Assembly (NCBI GenBank): GCA_041494945.1
Contig: JBGQBP010000007.1
Location: forward strand, 1 to 32,000
Length of the DNA: 32,000 nucleotides
Direction: 5' to 3'
Source of the DNA: Candidatus Binatia bacterium
GTDB taxonomy: Bacteria; Desulfobacterota; Binatia; UBA9968
Positions 6,961-16,402 of this stretch are shown here, piece after piece. The notes beneath the pieces are model-generated. The model was given only the letters and a program-made list of their open reading frames with translations. It was not told the DNA's origin and did no database searches. Made by a program: the position numbers and the translations under genes. Position 1 is the first letter of the stretch. Each line of letters starts with the position of its first letter.

Positions 6961-9900
6961 ATTCGTTCGTCCATCTGCACGTCCATTCCCAATACTCGGC
7001 GATGCGCGGCGTCTCTTCCTTGGAAGAGCTGTGCCGGGCCGCGCGATCTCAGGGCGCCGACACGCTGGCGCTGACCGATACCAATGGACTGTACGGCGCC
7101 GTTCGTTTTATCGAAGTCGCCGGGGAAAACGGCCTCAAGCCGATTTTAGGCGCCGAGCTGACCCACGGCCCGCATCGCGCGGTGTGTTTGGTCAAAAACA
7201 CCGAGGGCTATGCGAATCTCTGCCGGTTGATCTCCTCGCGCCATTGCGACGCGTCTTTTAATTTGATCGGCGCCGTCGAGCAACACCGGCAGGGCTTGAT
7301 CGTTCTCTCGGACGATCTTCCGGCGCTGGCATCGTGGAGAGAAAGCTCGCCGGACGATCTCTACGTTGAGCTCACGCCGGGTCCGCCGATGCAGCAGGCC
7401 GTCGCGTTCAGCCGGTCGGCGGGCCTGCCGCCGGTGGCGACCAACAGAGTCCACTTTGTGAGGGCTGAAGAATATCCGCTGCATCGTCTGCTCCGCGCCA
7501 TCGACTTGAACACGACGCTCTCGCGCCTGCCGGAAGACGCTTGCACGGCGTCCACGCACTGGCTCGCTCCCTTCTCTATTTTGCAGCGCTACTACGCTCA
7601 CCTGCCCGAGGCGCTTGCGAATACTCTGCGCATCGCGGAGTCTTGCCGCACCGATTGGGATTTCAAAGAAACGATTTTCCCCGCTTTTCGCGCATTCTCC
7701 GACGCCAAGGCATCCGCCGTTCTCAAGAAAAAGACTTACGCCGGGGCGCGGCGGCGCTACCTGGAGTTAACTCCGAAAGTCCGCGGCCGCATCGAACGCG
7801 AGCTCGCGATCATTCGCGAGAAAGGATTCAGCCATTATTTTCTGATCGTCGAAGAAATCGTCCGGCGCACCCGTCTGACCTGCGGGCGGGGCTCGGCGGC
7901 CGCCTCGATTGTGTCCTACTGCCTCGGAATCACCGACGTGGATCCCATCCGCCATAACCTTTTGTTCGAGCGCTTTTTGAGCTCCGCGCGAAACGATCCG
8001 CCGGATATCGACGTCGATTTTCCCTGGGACGAAAGAGACCGGATCGTCGAATCCGTTTTCGATCGGTATAAAACCGAAAAAGTCGCGATGGTGGCGAACC
8101 AAAATACCCTGGCGCTCCGAGGCGCCATTCGCGAAACGGCCAAAGTGTACGGAATGGCGCCGGCGGAGATCGACCGCGCCGCTTCAATGATTCTCAAGCG
8201 GCTGAATTTCCTTCGCCTGGCGGAAAACCCGCCCGTGCGCTCGTGGGCCGAGTCTCTGTGCGAGCTGAAAGAATTTACCGAGCCCTGGCCGGAGATCCTC
8301 GATCGGGCTTTCCATGTGGAAGGTCATTTCCGGAACCTCGGACTTCATTGCGGCGGCATCGTGATCGTCCCGGACGAAATCCGAAAATATGCCCCCGTGG
8401 AAATTTCGGCCAAAGGAATCCCGATGCTCCAGTGGGAAAAAGATCAGGTCGAAGAGGCCGGGCTGGTCAAAATCGATCTTCTCGGCAACCGCTCGCTCGC
8501 CGTCGTCCGCGACGCGCTTTTGGCGGTGGAGCGCCATACGGGAAAACGAGTGGACGACCCGGCGTGGGACCCGATTTCCGACGAGGAGACGCAGGAGCTT
8601 ATCCGGCGCGGCGAGACGATCGGATGTTTCTACATCGAGTCTCCGGCGACGCGCTTGCTCTTGAAGAAGCTTTGGACGCGGATGCCGGAAGAACTCCGAC
8701 AGAAGGCCGACGTCTTCGAATATCTGGTGGTCGTCTCCTCGCTGGTGCGGCCGGCGGCGATTAATTTCGTCAACGATTTTGTCCGCCGCGCTCACGGAGA
8801 GGCGTACGCGCCGCTGCATCCGGCGGTGCAAAAGGTGCTACGCGAGACTCACGGCATCATGGTTTATCAGGAAGACGTCACGAACGTTGCCGTCGCGCTG
8901 GCGGGATTTTCTTTGGCCGACGGCGAGCAGTTGAGAAAGATCTTGAGCAAAAAACACAAGCGCTTGCAGCTCAAAGATTATTGCGAGCGATTTTTCCGCG
9001 AGGCCATGGCGCGCGGCGTGCCGCTCTCGACCGTCGATGCCGTCTGGAAAATGATCATGAGCTTTGCCGGATACAGTTTTTGCAAGCCCCATTCGGCGAG
9101 CTACGCTCAGCTCTCTTTTAAATGCGCGTATCTCAAAACCCACCATCAGGCCGAGTTCATGGCCGCGGTTATCAGCAACGAAGGCGGCTTCTATCCCACC
9201 TTTGCCTACGTCTCCGAAGCGCGCCGGATGGGGCTTAAGTTTTTTCCGCCGGACGTCAACGCGAGCGGCTGGGCTTACACCGCGACCGGAAAAAATATTC
9301 GTGTCGGATTTATGCAGATCAAGGATTTGGAGCGCGCCTGGATCGAGCGCGTAGTCGCGGAGCAGAGCCGCTCGGGCCCGTTCGAATCTTTCGACGACTT
9401 TTGGGCGCGGACAAATCCCAAGCTCGGCCAGGCGCGCGTTCTCATCAAGGCCGGTTGCTTCGACTCGATCGCGCAAGGGCTGACGCGCCCCGGCCTCTTG
9501 TGGCGCGCCTATGTCCGTGCGGCGGAAAAATATGGCGACGATCTTCCCAATCCTCGTGAGTATTCGGAAGCACAAAAGCTTCGGCATGAAATCGAAATTT
9601 TAGGCTTTCCTCTGAGCCGCCATCCGCTGGAACTTTACAGCGCGAGCCTCGCGACGGTGAAATGCGTTCCGGCGCGCGACATGATTATTCACACCGGCAA
9701 ATCGATCGCGATGGTCGGCTGGCTTGTCAGCCAGAAGATGACCCAGACCAAAAAGGGCGACCCGATGGAGTTCGTCACCTTCGAGGATCTGACCGGAATT
9801 TACGAAACCACTTTTTTCCCCGACACCTATCGCAGATTTTATCACATTCTCGCCGGCGGCCGGCCTTATCTCTTGCGCGGCAGGGTCGAGGAGGAATTCG

Positions 9901-10037
9901 GGACCATGATGCTCAACGTCCGCCACGTCGAGCGTCTGGATACGCGGCGGGGAGCTGTTATATTTGAAGTGGATTCTATCGCCATCCCGAGAAAAAGCAG
10001 CAGGAGCTCGAATACCGCCGCCTCGCCGATGAGATGA
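6957..10037 (+). CDS. dnaE2: error-prone DNA polymerase III alpha-type subunit DnaE2
   Basis: The track ORF starts at 6642, but the PHP-domain N-terminus MNSFVHLHVHSQYSAMRG starts at the ATG at 6957 (codon 106 of the track ORF). That gives 1026 aa, typical for DnaE2. Polymerase-core motifs such as PDIDVDF and GLVKIDLLG are present. Confidence 0.92.
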   Translation: MNSFVHLHVHSQYSAMRGVSSLEELCRAARSQGADTLALTDTNGLYGAVRFIEVAGENGLKPILGAELTHGPHRAVCLVKNTEGYANLCRLISSRHCDASFNLIGAVEQHRQGLIVLSDDLPALASWRESSPDDLYVELTPGPPMQQAVAFSRSAGLPPVATNRVHFVRAEEYPLHRLLRAIDLNTTLSRLPEDACTASTHWLAPFSILQRYYAHLPEALANTLRIAESCRTDWDFKETIFPAFRAFSDAKASAVLKKKTYAGARRRYLELTPKVRGRIERELAIIREKGFSHYFLIVEEIVRRTRLTCGRGSAAASIVSYCLGITDVDPIRHNLLFERFLSSARNDPPDIDVDFPWDERDRIVESVFDRYKTEKVAMVANQNTLALRGAIRETAKVYGMAPAEIDRAASMILKRLNFLRLAENPPVRSWAESLCELKEFTEPWPEILDRAFHVEGHFRNLGLHCGGIVIVPDEIRKYAPVEISAKGIPMLQWEKDQVEEAGLVKIDLLGNRSLAVVRDALLAVERHTGKRVDDPAWDPISDEETQELIRRGETIGCFYIESPATRLLLKKLWTRMPEELRQKADVFEYLVVVSSLVRPAAINFVNDFVRRAHGEAYAPLHPAVQKVLRETHGIMVYQEDVTNVAVALAGFSLADGEQLRKILSKKHKRLQLKDYCERFFREAMARGVPLSTVDAVWKMIMSFAGYSFCKPHSASYAQLSFKCAYLKTHHQAEFMAAVISNEGGFYPTFAYVSEARRMGLKFFPPDVNASGWAYTATGKNIRVGFMQIKDLERAWIERVVAEQSRSGPFESFDDFWARTNPKLGQARVLIKAGCFDSIAQGLTRPGLLWRAYVRAAEKYGDDLPNPREYSEAQKLRHEIEILGFPLSRHPLELYSASLATVKCVPARDMIIHTGKSIAMVGWLVSQKMTQTKKGDPMEFVTFEDLTGIYETTFFPDTYRRFYHILAGGRPYLLRGRVEEEFGTMMLNVRHVERLDTRRGAVIFEVDSIAIPRKSSRSSNTAASPMR

Positions 10038-10250
10038 AGCTCGTCCGGCAAAAGCTTGCCGAACTCGACTCCGGTTCCCGCAGAATTGCCTCCTGAGGAA
10101 ACCATTCCCGCCAGCGCTTCTTGGAGTAAAGTGGGCCGGGGCGCGACCTTGACGGAATTATGGCTCTGCAGGTAGCTTCCCATCTGTCGCTGAGAGTGTT
10201 AACCAGAGCTAGATTCTTCGGCTGGTGCCCGGCGAACACGGAGGCGCAGG

Positions 10251-11354
10251 ATGGAAACTGAACGAAAAGGCTCTCTTCCGGCAACGGTTGCCGTTCTTGT
10301 CACAATCATTCTTCAACTTGCATGCGCCGCGCAACCGGCCGGCGGCGCTCAGTCGGAGCCGATCGCTCTCATGCAAGGCGCCGACCGCCAGCAGATCCTC
10401 GAGCAGGGGGCACGGAAAGAAGGCAAGCTCGTCTGGTACGGGACGCTGATCGTCGATCAGCTCATGCGTCCGGTCAAGGCCGCGTTTGAAAAAGAATATC
10501 CTTTCATCCAGGTCGATTTTTTCCGCGGCAATTCCGAGCGAATCGCCCAGAAGGTGCTCGAGGAATACCAGGGGCGGAGATACGATGTAGACGTCGTCGA
10601 CGGGACCATCTCTCCCGCGTTGGTCAAGAAGGCGGGCTTCATGCAGCGTTTCTTTTCGCCTTATCTGGCCGAATATCCGCCGGAGTTGAAAGACCCGCAA
10701 GGCTACTGGGGCGTGACGAATCTTTACTTCATGACCCTGGGTTACAATACGAAGATGGTCAAACCCAACGAAGTTCCAAAGACCTGGGAGGATTTATTGA
10801 ACCCCAAGTGGAAGGGCGAAATCATCTGGTCCACGAGCCGGGGCTCGGGCGCGCCGGTTTTCATCGGCAATATCCTGGCGGCGATGGGACGGGAGAAAGG
10901 CATGGCCTATCTGGAGAAGCTGGCGAAGCAAAACATCGCCAAGAGCACGGCCAGCGCCCGCGCGCTCTTGGATCTGGTGATCGCGGGAGAGTACCCTCTG
11001 GTGATCAACATCTTCAATCACCACGCGGCGATCAGCAAGAAGGCCGGCGCGCCCTCGGGATGGCAGCCGATGGAGCCGGTGGCCGCTCCGTTCAACACGG
11101 TCGGACTTGCCAAGAACGCTCCCCACCCGCACGCGGCCATGCTCTTTCTCGATTTTGTGCTTTCCAAGAAAGGGCAAAAGGTCTTTCAGGATGTGAACTA
11201 TCTTCCGGCGCATCCCGAAATCCCCGCCAAAGAAATTGAGCTTAAGCTCGGCGGCGGCAGATTCAAAAAGGCGAACTACATCAACCCGGATTTCCAGTTG
11301 GAAAAGGGAGACGAGTGGGTGGACATCTTTCAGAAGCTGTTCATCAAGGGATGA
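10251..11354 (+). CDS. ABC transporter periplasmic substrate-binding protein (Fe3+/solute-binding family 1 type)
   Basis: 367 aa with a signal peptide (LPATVAVLVTIILQLACAAQPAG) and a GGAGG Shine-Dalgarno. It is a paralog of 19625-20722, sharing YNTKMVKP.E.PK...DL.NPKWKG and NA.HPHAA.LF.DF.LS blocks. Confidence 0.85.
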   Translation: METERKGSLPATVAVLVTIILQLACAAQPAGGAQSEPIALMQGADRQQILEQGARKEGKLVWYGTLIVDQLMRPVKAAFEKEYPFIQVDFFRGNSERIAQKVLEEYQGRRYDVDVVDGTISPALVKKAGFMQRFFSPYLAEYPPELKDPQGYWGVTNLYFMTLGYNTKMVKPNEVPKTWEDLLNPKWKGEIIWSTSRGSGAPVFIGNILAAMGREKGMAYLEKLAKQNIAKSTASARALLDLVIAGEYPLVINIFNHHAAISKKAGAPSGWQPMEPVAAPFNTVGLAKNAPHPHAAMLFLDFVLSKKGQKVFQDVNYLPAHPEIPAKEIELKLGGGRFKKANYINPDFQLEKGDEWVDIFQKLFIKG

Positions 11355-11403
11355 TCTCTAGCTTCGGCCAATTGCTCGCGTCTCTTCCGCGGAACATTTC
11401 GAC

Positions 11404-13125
11404 GTGAGAATCTTCGTGCGAGCGCGCGCCGCCTCTCCGCATCTAAACCCGGAGGTCTGGATACTCACGCTCGTCTGCGCGGTGACCGCTTACCTGGTCG
11501 TGCCGCCGCTCTTTGCCGTCGTGCAGACCAGCTTGACCACGACGACGCTCACCGGCGCGGTCGGCGAGCTCACTCTGCGGTACTATCGCGACGTCCTCTC
11601 CGGAATCCGGTTGGCCGCCCCTCTGGCGAACAGCCTCTACTTTGCCGTCGGAACCGCGCTTCTGGCGACGCTCATCGGCGGCGTCATCGCCTGGCTCGTC
11701 ACCCGAACCGACACTCCGTTGCGCGGCCTCGGCTACTTCACGGCGTTTGCCTCTTTCGGCACGCCTTTTATCCTTTACACGATCGGATGGCTGCTCTTGC
11801 TCGGCAAGTCCGGACCGCTAAATACGTGGCTGCGAAGCTTGTTAAATGCGCCCGGTGTGATCTTCAACGTCTACTCGCTCACCGGCATGGTGCTCATCGA
11901 ATCGTTTCTCTGGTCTCCGCTCGTGTTTCTCATGCTGGCGGCCTCGTTCCGCGCGATGGATCCGCTGCTCGAGGAGGCTTCGGCGGCCTGCGGCGCGAGC
12001 GCAATCCAAACGCTAAGACGGGTTTCTCTCCGGTTGATGCTGCCGGCGCTCTTCTCCGTTACCCTACTGGTTTTTATCCGCGCGTTCGAGTCGTTCGAGA
12101 TCCCGGCGTTGGTCGGCCTGCCGGGCGATGTGCAGGTCCTCACGACATCCATTTATCTCGACGCCCACCGCATGCCGCCGCGCTACGGCACTGCCGGCGC
12201 GTTCTCCGTCCTGCTGATGCTCCTGATCGCCGCCGCCCTCTACTTCTACTCGCGGGCGACGCGCGAGGCCGCGCGGTTCCACACGGTCACGGGCAAGGGA
12301 TACCGGCCGCGACTGATCCAGGTCGGCCGCTGGCGCTATTTTACCGGCGGTCTGCTCGCGCTTTATTCCGTGTGTTTGCTTGTCCTTCCGTTCCTGATCG
12401 TTCTGTGGGCGTCTCTGCTTCCTTTCTACAGTGCTCCATCGATCGAGGCCCTGTCCAGGGTGACGCTGCGTAACTATGAGACGGTCGTCAAATTTCCGAC
12501 TCTCTTGCAGTCGGTCAAAAACAGCATCCTGCTCGGGATCGGCAGCGCCACGCTGGTGATGGGCCTTACGACTCTGGCGTCATGGATCTTGGTCCGCACA
12601 CGGCTCAAGGCGCGGTGGTTGCTGGACCTGCTCACCACGCTGCCGCTGGTCTTTCCGGGCATCGTGATGGGACTTGCGATCCTGCGCTTCTATCTAACCG
12701 TGCCGATTCCGATCTACTCGACGCTGTGGATTTTGCTCGTCGCGTATGTTGCCCGCTACATACCCTACGGTATCCGTTACACGCACGCGGGCTTGCTCCA
12801 ACTGCACCGCGAGCTGGAAGAGGCGGCCTACTCAGCGGGGGCCTCGTGGCTCAACTGTTTTCGGCGGATCACGCTGCCGCTGCTTACGCCCTCGTTTCTC
12901 GGCGGCTGGGTGTTCGTTTTTCTGATCTCGGCGAAAGAGCTGGCGATGTCGATCCTGCTCGCCGGCCCGCGCACGCCGGTGGTCTCCGTCACGATCTTCG
13001 AACTTTGGGAGAATGCTCAGATCGGCGAGCTCGCGGCCTTTGGCGTCCTCTGGACTTTGATCCTTTTGGCGGTGGCGATGGGCTATTACTTATTCGCGCG
13101 GCGTTATGGTATCCAGCTGCATTGA
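11404..13125 (+). CDS. ABC transporter permease, fused double-domain (FbpB-like)
   Basis: 573 aa with a GTG start and many hydrophobic helices. Two EAA-type loops are present (LEEASAACGASAIQTLRRVSL and LEEAAYSAGASWLNCFRRITL). Confidence 0.88.
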   Translation: MRIFVRARAASPHLNPEVWILTLVCAVTAYLVVPPLFAVVQTSLTTTTLTGAVGELTLRYYRDVLSGIRLAAPLANSLYFAVGTALLATLIGGVIAWLVTRTDTPLRGLGYFTAFASFGTPFILYTIGWLLLLGKSGPLNTWLRSLLNAPGVIFNVYSLTGMVLIESFLWSPLVFLMLAASFRAMDPLLEEASAACGASAIQTLRRVSLRLMLPALFSVTLLVFIRAFESFEIPALVGLPGDVQVLTTSIYLDAHRMPPRYGTAGAFSVLLMLLIAAALYFYSRATREAARFHTVTGKGYRPRLIQVGRWRYFTGGLLALYSVCLLVLPFLIVLWASLLPFYSAPSIEALSRVTLRNYETVVKFPTLLQSVKNSILLGIGSATLVMGLTTLASWILVRTRLKARWLLDLLTTLPLVFPGIVMGLAILRFYLTVPIPIYSTLWILLVAYVARYIPYGIRYTHAGLLQLHRELEEAAYSAGASWLNCFRRITLPLLTPSFLGGWVFVFLISAKELAMSILLAGPRTPVVSVTIFELWENAQIGELAAFGVLWTLILLAVAMGYYLFARRYGIQLH

Positions 13126-13153
13126 AAGCCGTTTGTTGCGCGCAGGAGCTTTC

Positions 13154-15295
13154 ATGTCGGATTTTAGAGACCTGTCTTTTCTTCTCGATCCCCAATCGGT
13201 CGCGATCGTCGGCGCTTCGCCGAAAGTGGGCTGGCCCGCGCGGCTCTGGGCAAACCTGCAGCATGTTCGCTATCCGGGAAGAGTTTACCCGGTGAATCCC
13301 AACTACGAGACGATGTGGGGCGTCAAGTGTTACCGGAGTCTGGAAGAGCTGCCGGAAGTGGTGGATCACGCGGTCGTCATCATCCCGGCGGATCGGGTCA
13401 TCGAGTTGCTGCGGAACAGTCCGCGCGTCCTTTTTCGCAGCGCGACCATCTACAGTGGGGGGTTTGGCGAGGGAGGCGACTCGGAGGGCCTTAAGCGCAA
13501 GGAGTTCTTGCAGGCTTACGCGCGAGAAAAGAACGTTCGCTTTTGCGGACCCAATTGCATGGGCCTGGTCTCGGCTCGCTCGCGCGCGATGCTGTTTCCC
13601 GACCAGCGTTTGGCCGACATTCATGAGGGAGGGCTCGCTATCGTGTCGCAGAGCGGCGGGCTGCTCGGAAGTCTCGTGCGGGCAGCGCAGAGCTGGGGCA
13701 TCGGATTCAGCTACCTTGTCACCAGCGGCAACGAAGCGGACGCCGAGATTTCCGATTACCTGCACTATTTTGTCAACGACGAGCGGACCAAGATTATCGG
13801 CGCGTTCATCGAAGGCGTGCGCGACGGCGAAAAATTCATCGCCGTCGCTGAGGAAGCGCTGAAGCTCGGCAAGCCGATCATCGCGGTCAAAGTCGGCCGC
13901 TCGGCCAAGGGCGATGCCGCCGCCATGGCGCACACCGGCGCGCTGGCGGGCAACGACCGCGTCTTCGACGCCGTCTGCCGGCAAAATGGAATTGTTCGAG
14001 TGCGGAATCTCGACGAACTGCTCAACTGCGCGGAGCTGTTTCTCAACCTGCGCCATCTCCCGCGCGGGAAGAAGACCGCCTTCGTCACTTTTTCCGGAGG
14101 ATTGAAAGGGCTGCTGGCGGATCTCGCGCAAGACGCCGAGGTGGAGCTGCCGCAGTTGAAGCCGGAAACCGAGGCTGAACTGAATAATTTGCTGGGCGTC
14201 GGCGCCTCCGTCGGAAATCCCTTGGACACGGGATGGGGCGGCCTGTCGAGTCAGGAGACCTATCTCAAATGCGTCCATCTATTGCTCGACGATCCCGCAG
14301 TCGATCTGCTCGCGCTTCAGGAAGAGCTGCCGCAGAACAACGTGCGCCCGGACAAGCAGAGCAATCTTCTCGCGCTGGCGGAAATCGCCAGGGAAAACCC
14401 GAAACCAATCGCCGTTTATTCTATGACCACTCAGAGCATCAACGACTACGGCCGCGAGTTCAAACAAAGCTGCCGCCTGCCGTTTCTCCAAGGGGCCGAG
14501 AACATGGTCCAGACGATGAAGCGTCTGGCGATGTTCGGCGAGGCGGTGCAGCTCTATCGTCGAGAAAAAGATAAAGCGCCCGCACCGTTGAAGCCGCTGA
14601 GCGCAGCGACAAAGGAAAAGTTGGCCGGGAGAAAAATTCTCTCCGAATGGGAATCCTGTCAAGTGATGAGCGAACGCGGCCTTTCTTTGTGCAAGATGCG
14701 GGTGGCGGTAAATTCATCCGCGGCCATTCGCGCCGCCGACGAGATCGGTTACCCGGTAGCGGTCAAGCTTGTCGCCTCCGGCGTCACGCATAAATCGGAA
14801 CTGGGCGGTGTGAGGCTCAATCTCTCGAGGCCCGAAGAAATCAAGCAAGCCTGCAGAGAGATAGAAACGAACTTTCAGGCCCGCAACCCTGGAGCTGCAA
14901 TCGAAGGCTTCCTCGTTCAAGAGATGGTTCGAGGCGGAGTCGAGACGATCATCGGCACGGACAACGACCCGCAGTTCGGACCGGTCGTGATGTTCGGCCT
15001 CGGCGGCACTGCCGTCGAGCTTTATCGCGACGTGACGTTCCGAATGGCGCCGGTCAGCTTGGAAGAGGCGGCTAAGATGATCCGCGGCATCAAAGGATAT
15101 CCCTTGCTCGCCGGCTTCCGCGGCGCGCCGCCGCTGGACGAAGATTCTTTGTGCCGTGCAATTGTTGCGGTATCGGAACTTGCCGTCGCGGGCAAGGATT
15201 TGATTCAGTCGATCGACATCAATCCGTTTATTTGCTTGCCTGACGGCGGGAAGGCGGTGGATGCGGTGATTGTCACGCGGGCGGTATCAAAATAA
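13154..15295 (+). CDS. ADP-forming acyl/acetyl-CoA synthetase, fused alpha-beta (CoA-binding, CoA-ligase and ATP-grasp domains)
   Basis: The track ORF starts at 13106. The ATG at 13154 has an AGGAG Shine-Dalgarno and gives MSDFRDLSFLLDPQSVAIVGASPK.. (CoA-binding N-terminus). GPNCMG, SQSGG and C-terminal ATP-grasp-like blocks (YPVAVKLV.....HKSELGGV) are present. Confidence 0.88.
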   Translation: MSDFRDLSFLLDPQSVAIVGASPKVGWPARLWANLQHVRYPGRVYPVNPNYETMWGVKCYRSLEELPEVVDHAVVIIPADRVIELLRNSPRVLFRSATIYSGGFGEGGDSEGLKRKEFLQAYAREKNVRFCGPNCMGLVSARSRAMLFPDQRLADIHEGGLAIVSQSGGLLGSLVRAAQSWGIGFSYLVTSGNEADAEISDYLHYFVNDERTKIIGAFIEGVRDGEKFIAVAEEALKLGKPIIAVKVGRSAKGDAAAMAHTGALAGNDRVFDAVCRQNGIVRVRNLDELLNCAELFLNLRHLPRGKKTAFVTFSGGLKGLLADLAQDAEVELPQLKPETEAELNNLLGVGASVGNPLDTGWGGLSSQETYLKCVHLLLDDPAVDLLALQEELPQNNVRPDKQSNLLALAEIARENPKPIAVYSMTTQSINDYGREFKQSCRLPFLQGAENMVQTMKRLAMFGEAVQLYRREKDKAPAPLKPLSAATKEKLAGRKILSEWESCQVMSERGLSLCKMRVAVNSSAAIRAADEIGYPVAVKLVASGVTHKSELGGVRLNLSRPEEIKQACREIETNFQARNPGAAIEGFLVQEMVRGGVETIIGTDNDPQFGPVVMFGLGGTAVELYRDVTFRMAPVSLEEAAKMIRGIKGYPLLAGFRGAPPLDEDSLCRAIVAVSELAVAGKDLIQSIDINPFICLPDGGKAVDAVIVTRAVSK

Positions 15296-15653
15296 AGTAA
15301 GGCTTAGGGACATAATAAAATCTTCTTGCGCAGCTATCGGTATCGCAATAGAATTTGGCTCGGCATTTGAAGGTTAAGCTACTGGTTAGATCCGTTGCCA
15401 GTTGCATACGAGAGATCTTGCAATCCGGAATCATCGTAATGCAATACCCGGCCCGTAGAACTTGTCCAGCATAGGGAGAAAATATGTCTGTGAGTGAAGT
15501 GTCAAACAACGTGCAAGAAACTGTTTTAGGTTCCGGTATCAGTGTTCAGCCGTCGGAAAGTGACCAGCTCGGTTTCGATCCGTACGTTACTGCCATTGCA
15601 TTCTTCTCACTTTCTACGCGCTCGCGAAGCTTGGGACGGAAAGGGAGCCCCGA

Positions 15654-16172
15654 ATGTCGCTCAAAGCATCGTTCTTGCAAATGACCGAGAAGCTCGACCG
15701 GTTGCGCGAGGAGTTTCTCGCGCTCAAAACGCTCGGCGTTGACGATCAACCTCAGGACGTGGCGGTCGCTCTTCAAGACGCCTTTGCCGACGCGATGGAA
15801 GACATCCTCGGTTTCATCAATAAGGCTTCGGATGCGGCTCATCATGCCGATCAATCTCTCGCAGGCGGAATCGACATGGCCGGCGTGATCGAGGGCCTTA
15901 CCCGCTGCAACGAAAGTTGGAACCGCGTCTCGCACCGCTATTGGTCCGCTCTGAATTCCTATGAAAGGGTCAGCGCGCTCATGGATCTGGGGCGGGGGCG
16001 CGGGGGCGAGTGGGAAGCCTGGACCCGAAGTATCGAAGCAGGACTGAATAAATGTTCGGGGCCGATGCTCGAACTCAATCAGGCGATCTTTGAATGCTGG
16101 CGCGAGATCGGGGAGGCCGTCCTTGTCGCCGCGTCTCTTGGACAAGCTCCGGGCGCCAGACGAAATAAGTAA
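15654..16172 (+). CDS. hypothetical protein, 172 aa, predicted helical, no family recognised
   Basis: An AAGGGAG Shine-Dalgarno precedes the ATG. GC-rich third codon positions favour this frame over the antisense 15546-16145 ORF. Confidence 0.55.
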   Translation: MSLKASFLQMTEKLDRLREEFLALKTLGVDDQPQDVAVALQDAFADAMEDILGFINKASDAAHHADQSLAGGIDMAGVIEGLTRCNESWNRVSHRYWSALNSYERVSALMDLGRGRGGEWEAWTRSIEAGLNKCSGPMLELNQAIFECWREIGEAVLVAASLGQAPGARRNK

Positions 16173-16402
16173 AAGGAAGAGGCGCGGTCTTTCATATGAG
16201 GAATCTTCGAAGCTGATTTACCGAGGAGATATCTATGCCCATAGTTTCGTTGTCGCCCAGGTGCCTGGCGGATGATGTGCCTTTTACGGGGCTGATGGGG
16301 CTGGTGTGGTGGCTCCGGGGTGTGCGGCGCAGCAACGTCAATCCCAATCTCTGTAACAGGTGAGAGTCTCACTGGGAGACGGGCCGTCTCTCTGAGCTAA
16401 CG

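Noticed and set aside
9866-10284. Two minus-strand ORFs (105 and 102 aa) in the dnaE2 tail and downstream spacer; considered as a small convergent gene or gene remnant
   Set aside because: No Shine-Dalgarno and no recognisable family. Most of their length is antisense to dnaE2 or to the binding-protein start region. I cannot exclude a short remnant at 10040-10183, but there is nothing to support one.
12989-14278. 429-aa minus-strand ORF, the longest ORF in this stretch of the track
   Set aside because: It is antisense to the acyl-CoA synthetase gene, whose plus frame has clear CoA-binding, ligase and ATP-grasp motifs. The minus product is Arg/Ala/Gly-rich with no motif, which is a typical high-GC shadow ORF. 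The same reasoning applies to 2765-3334, 5836-6543, 8184-8831, 8838-9587, 18582-19241, 21119-21844, 21851-22531 and 22364-22882.
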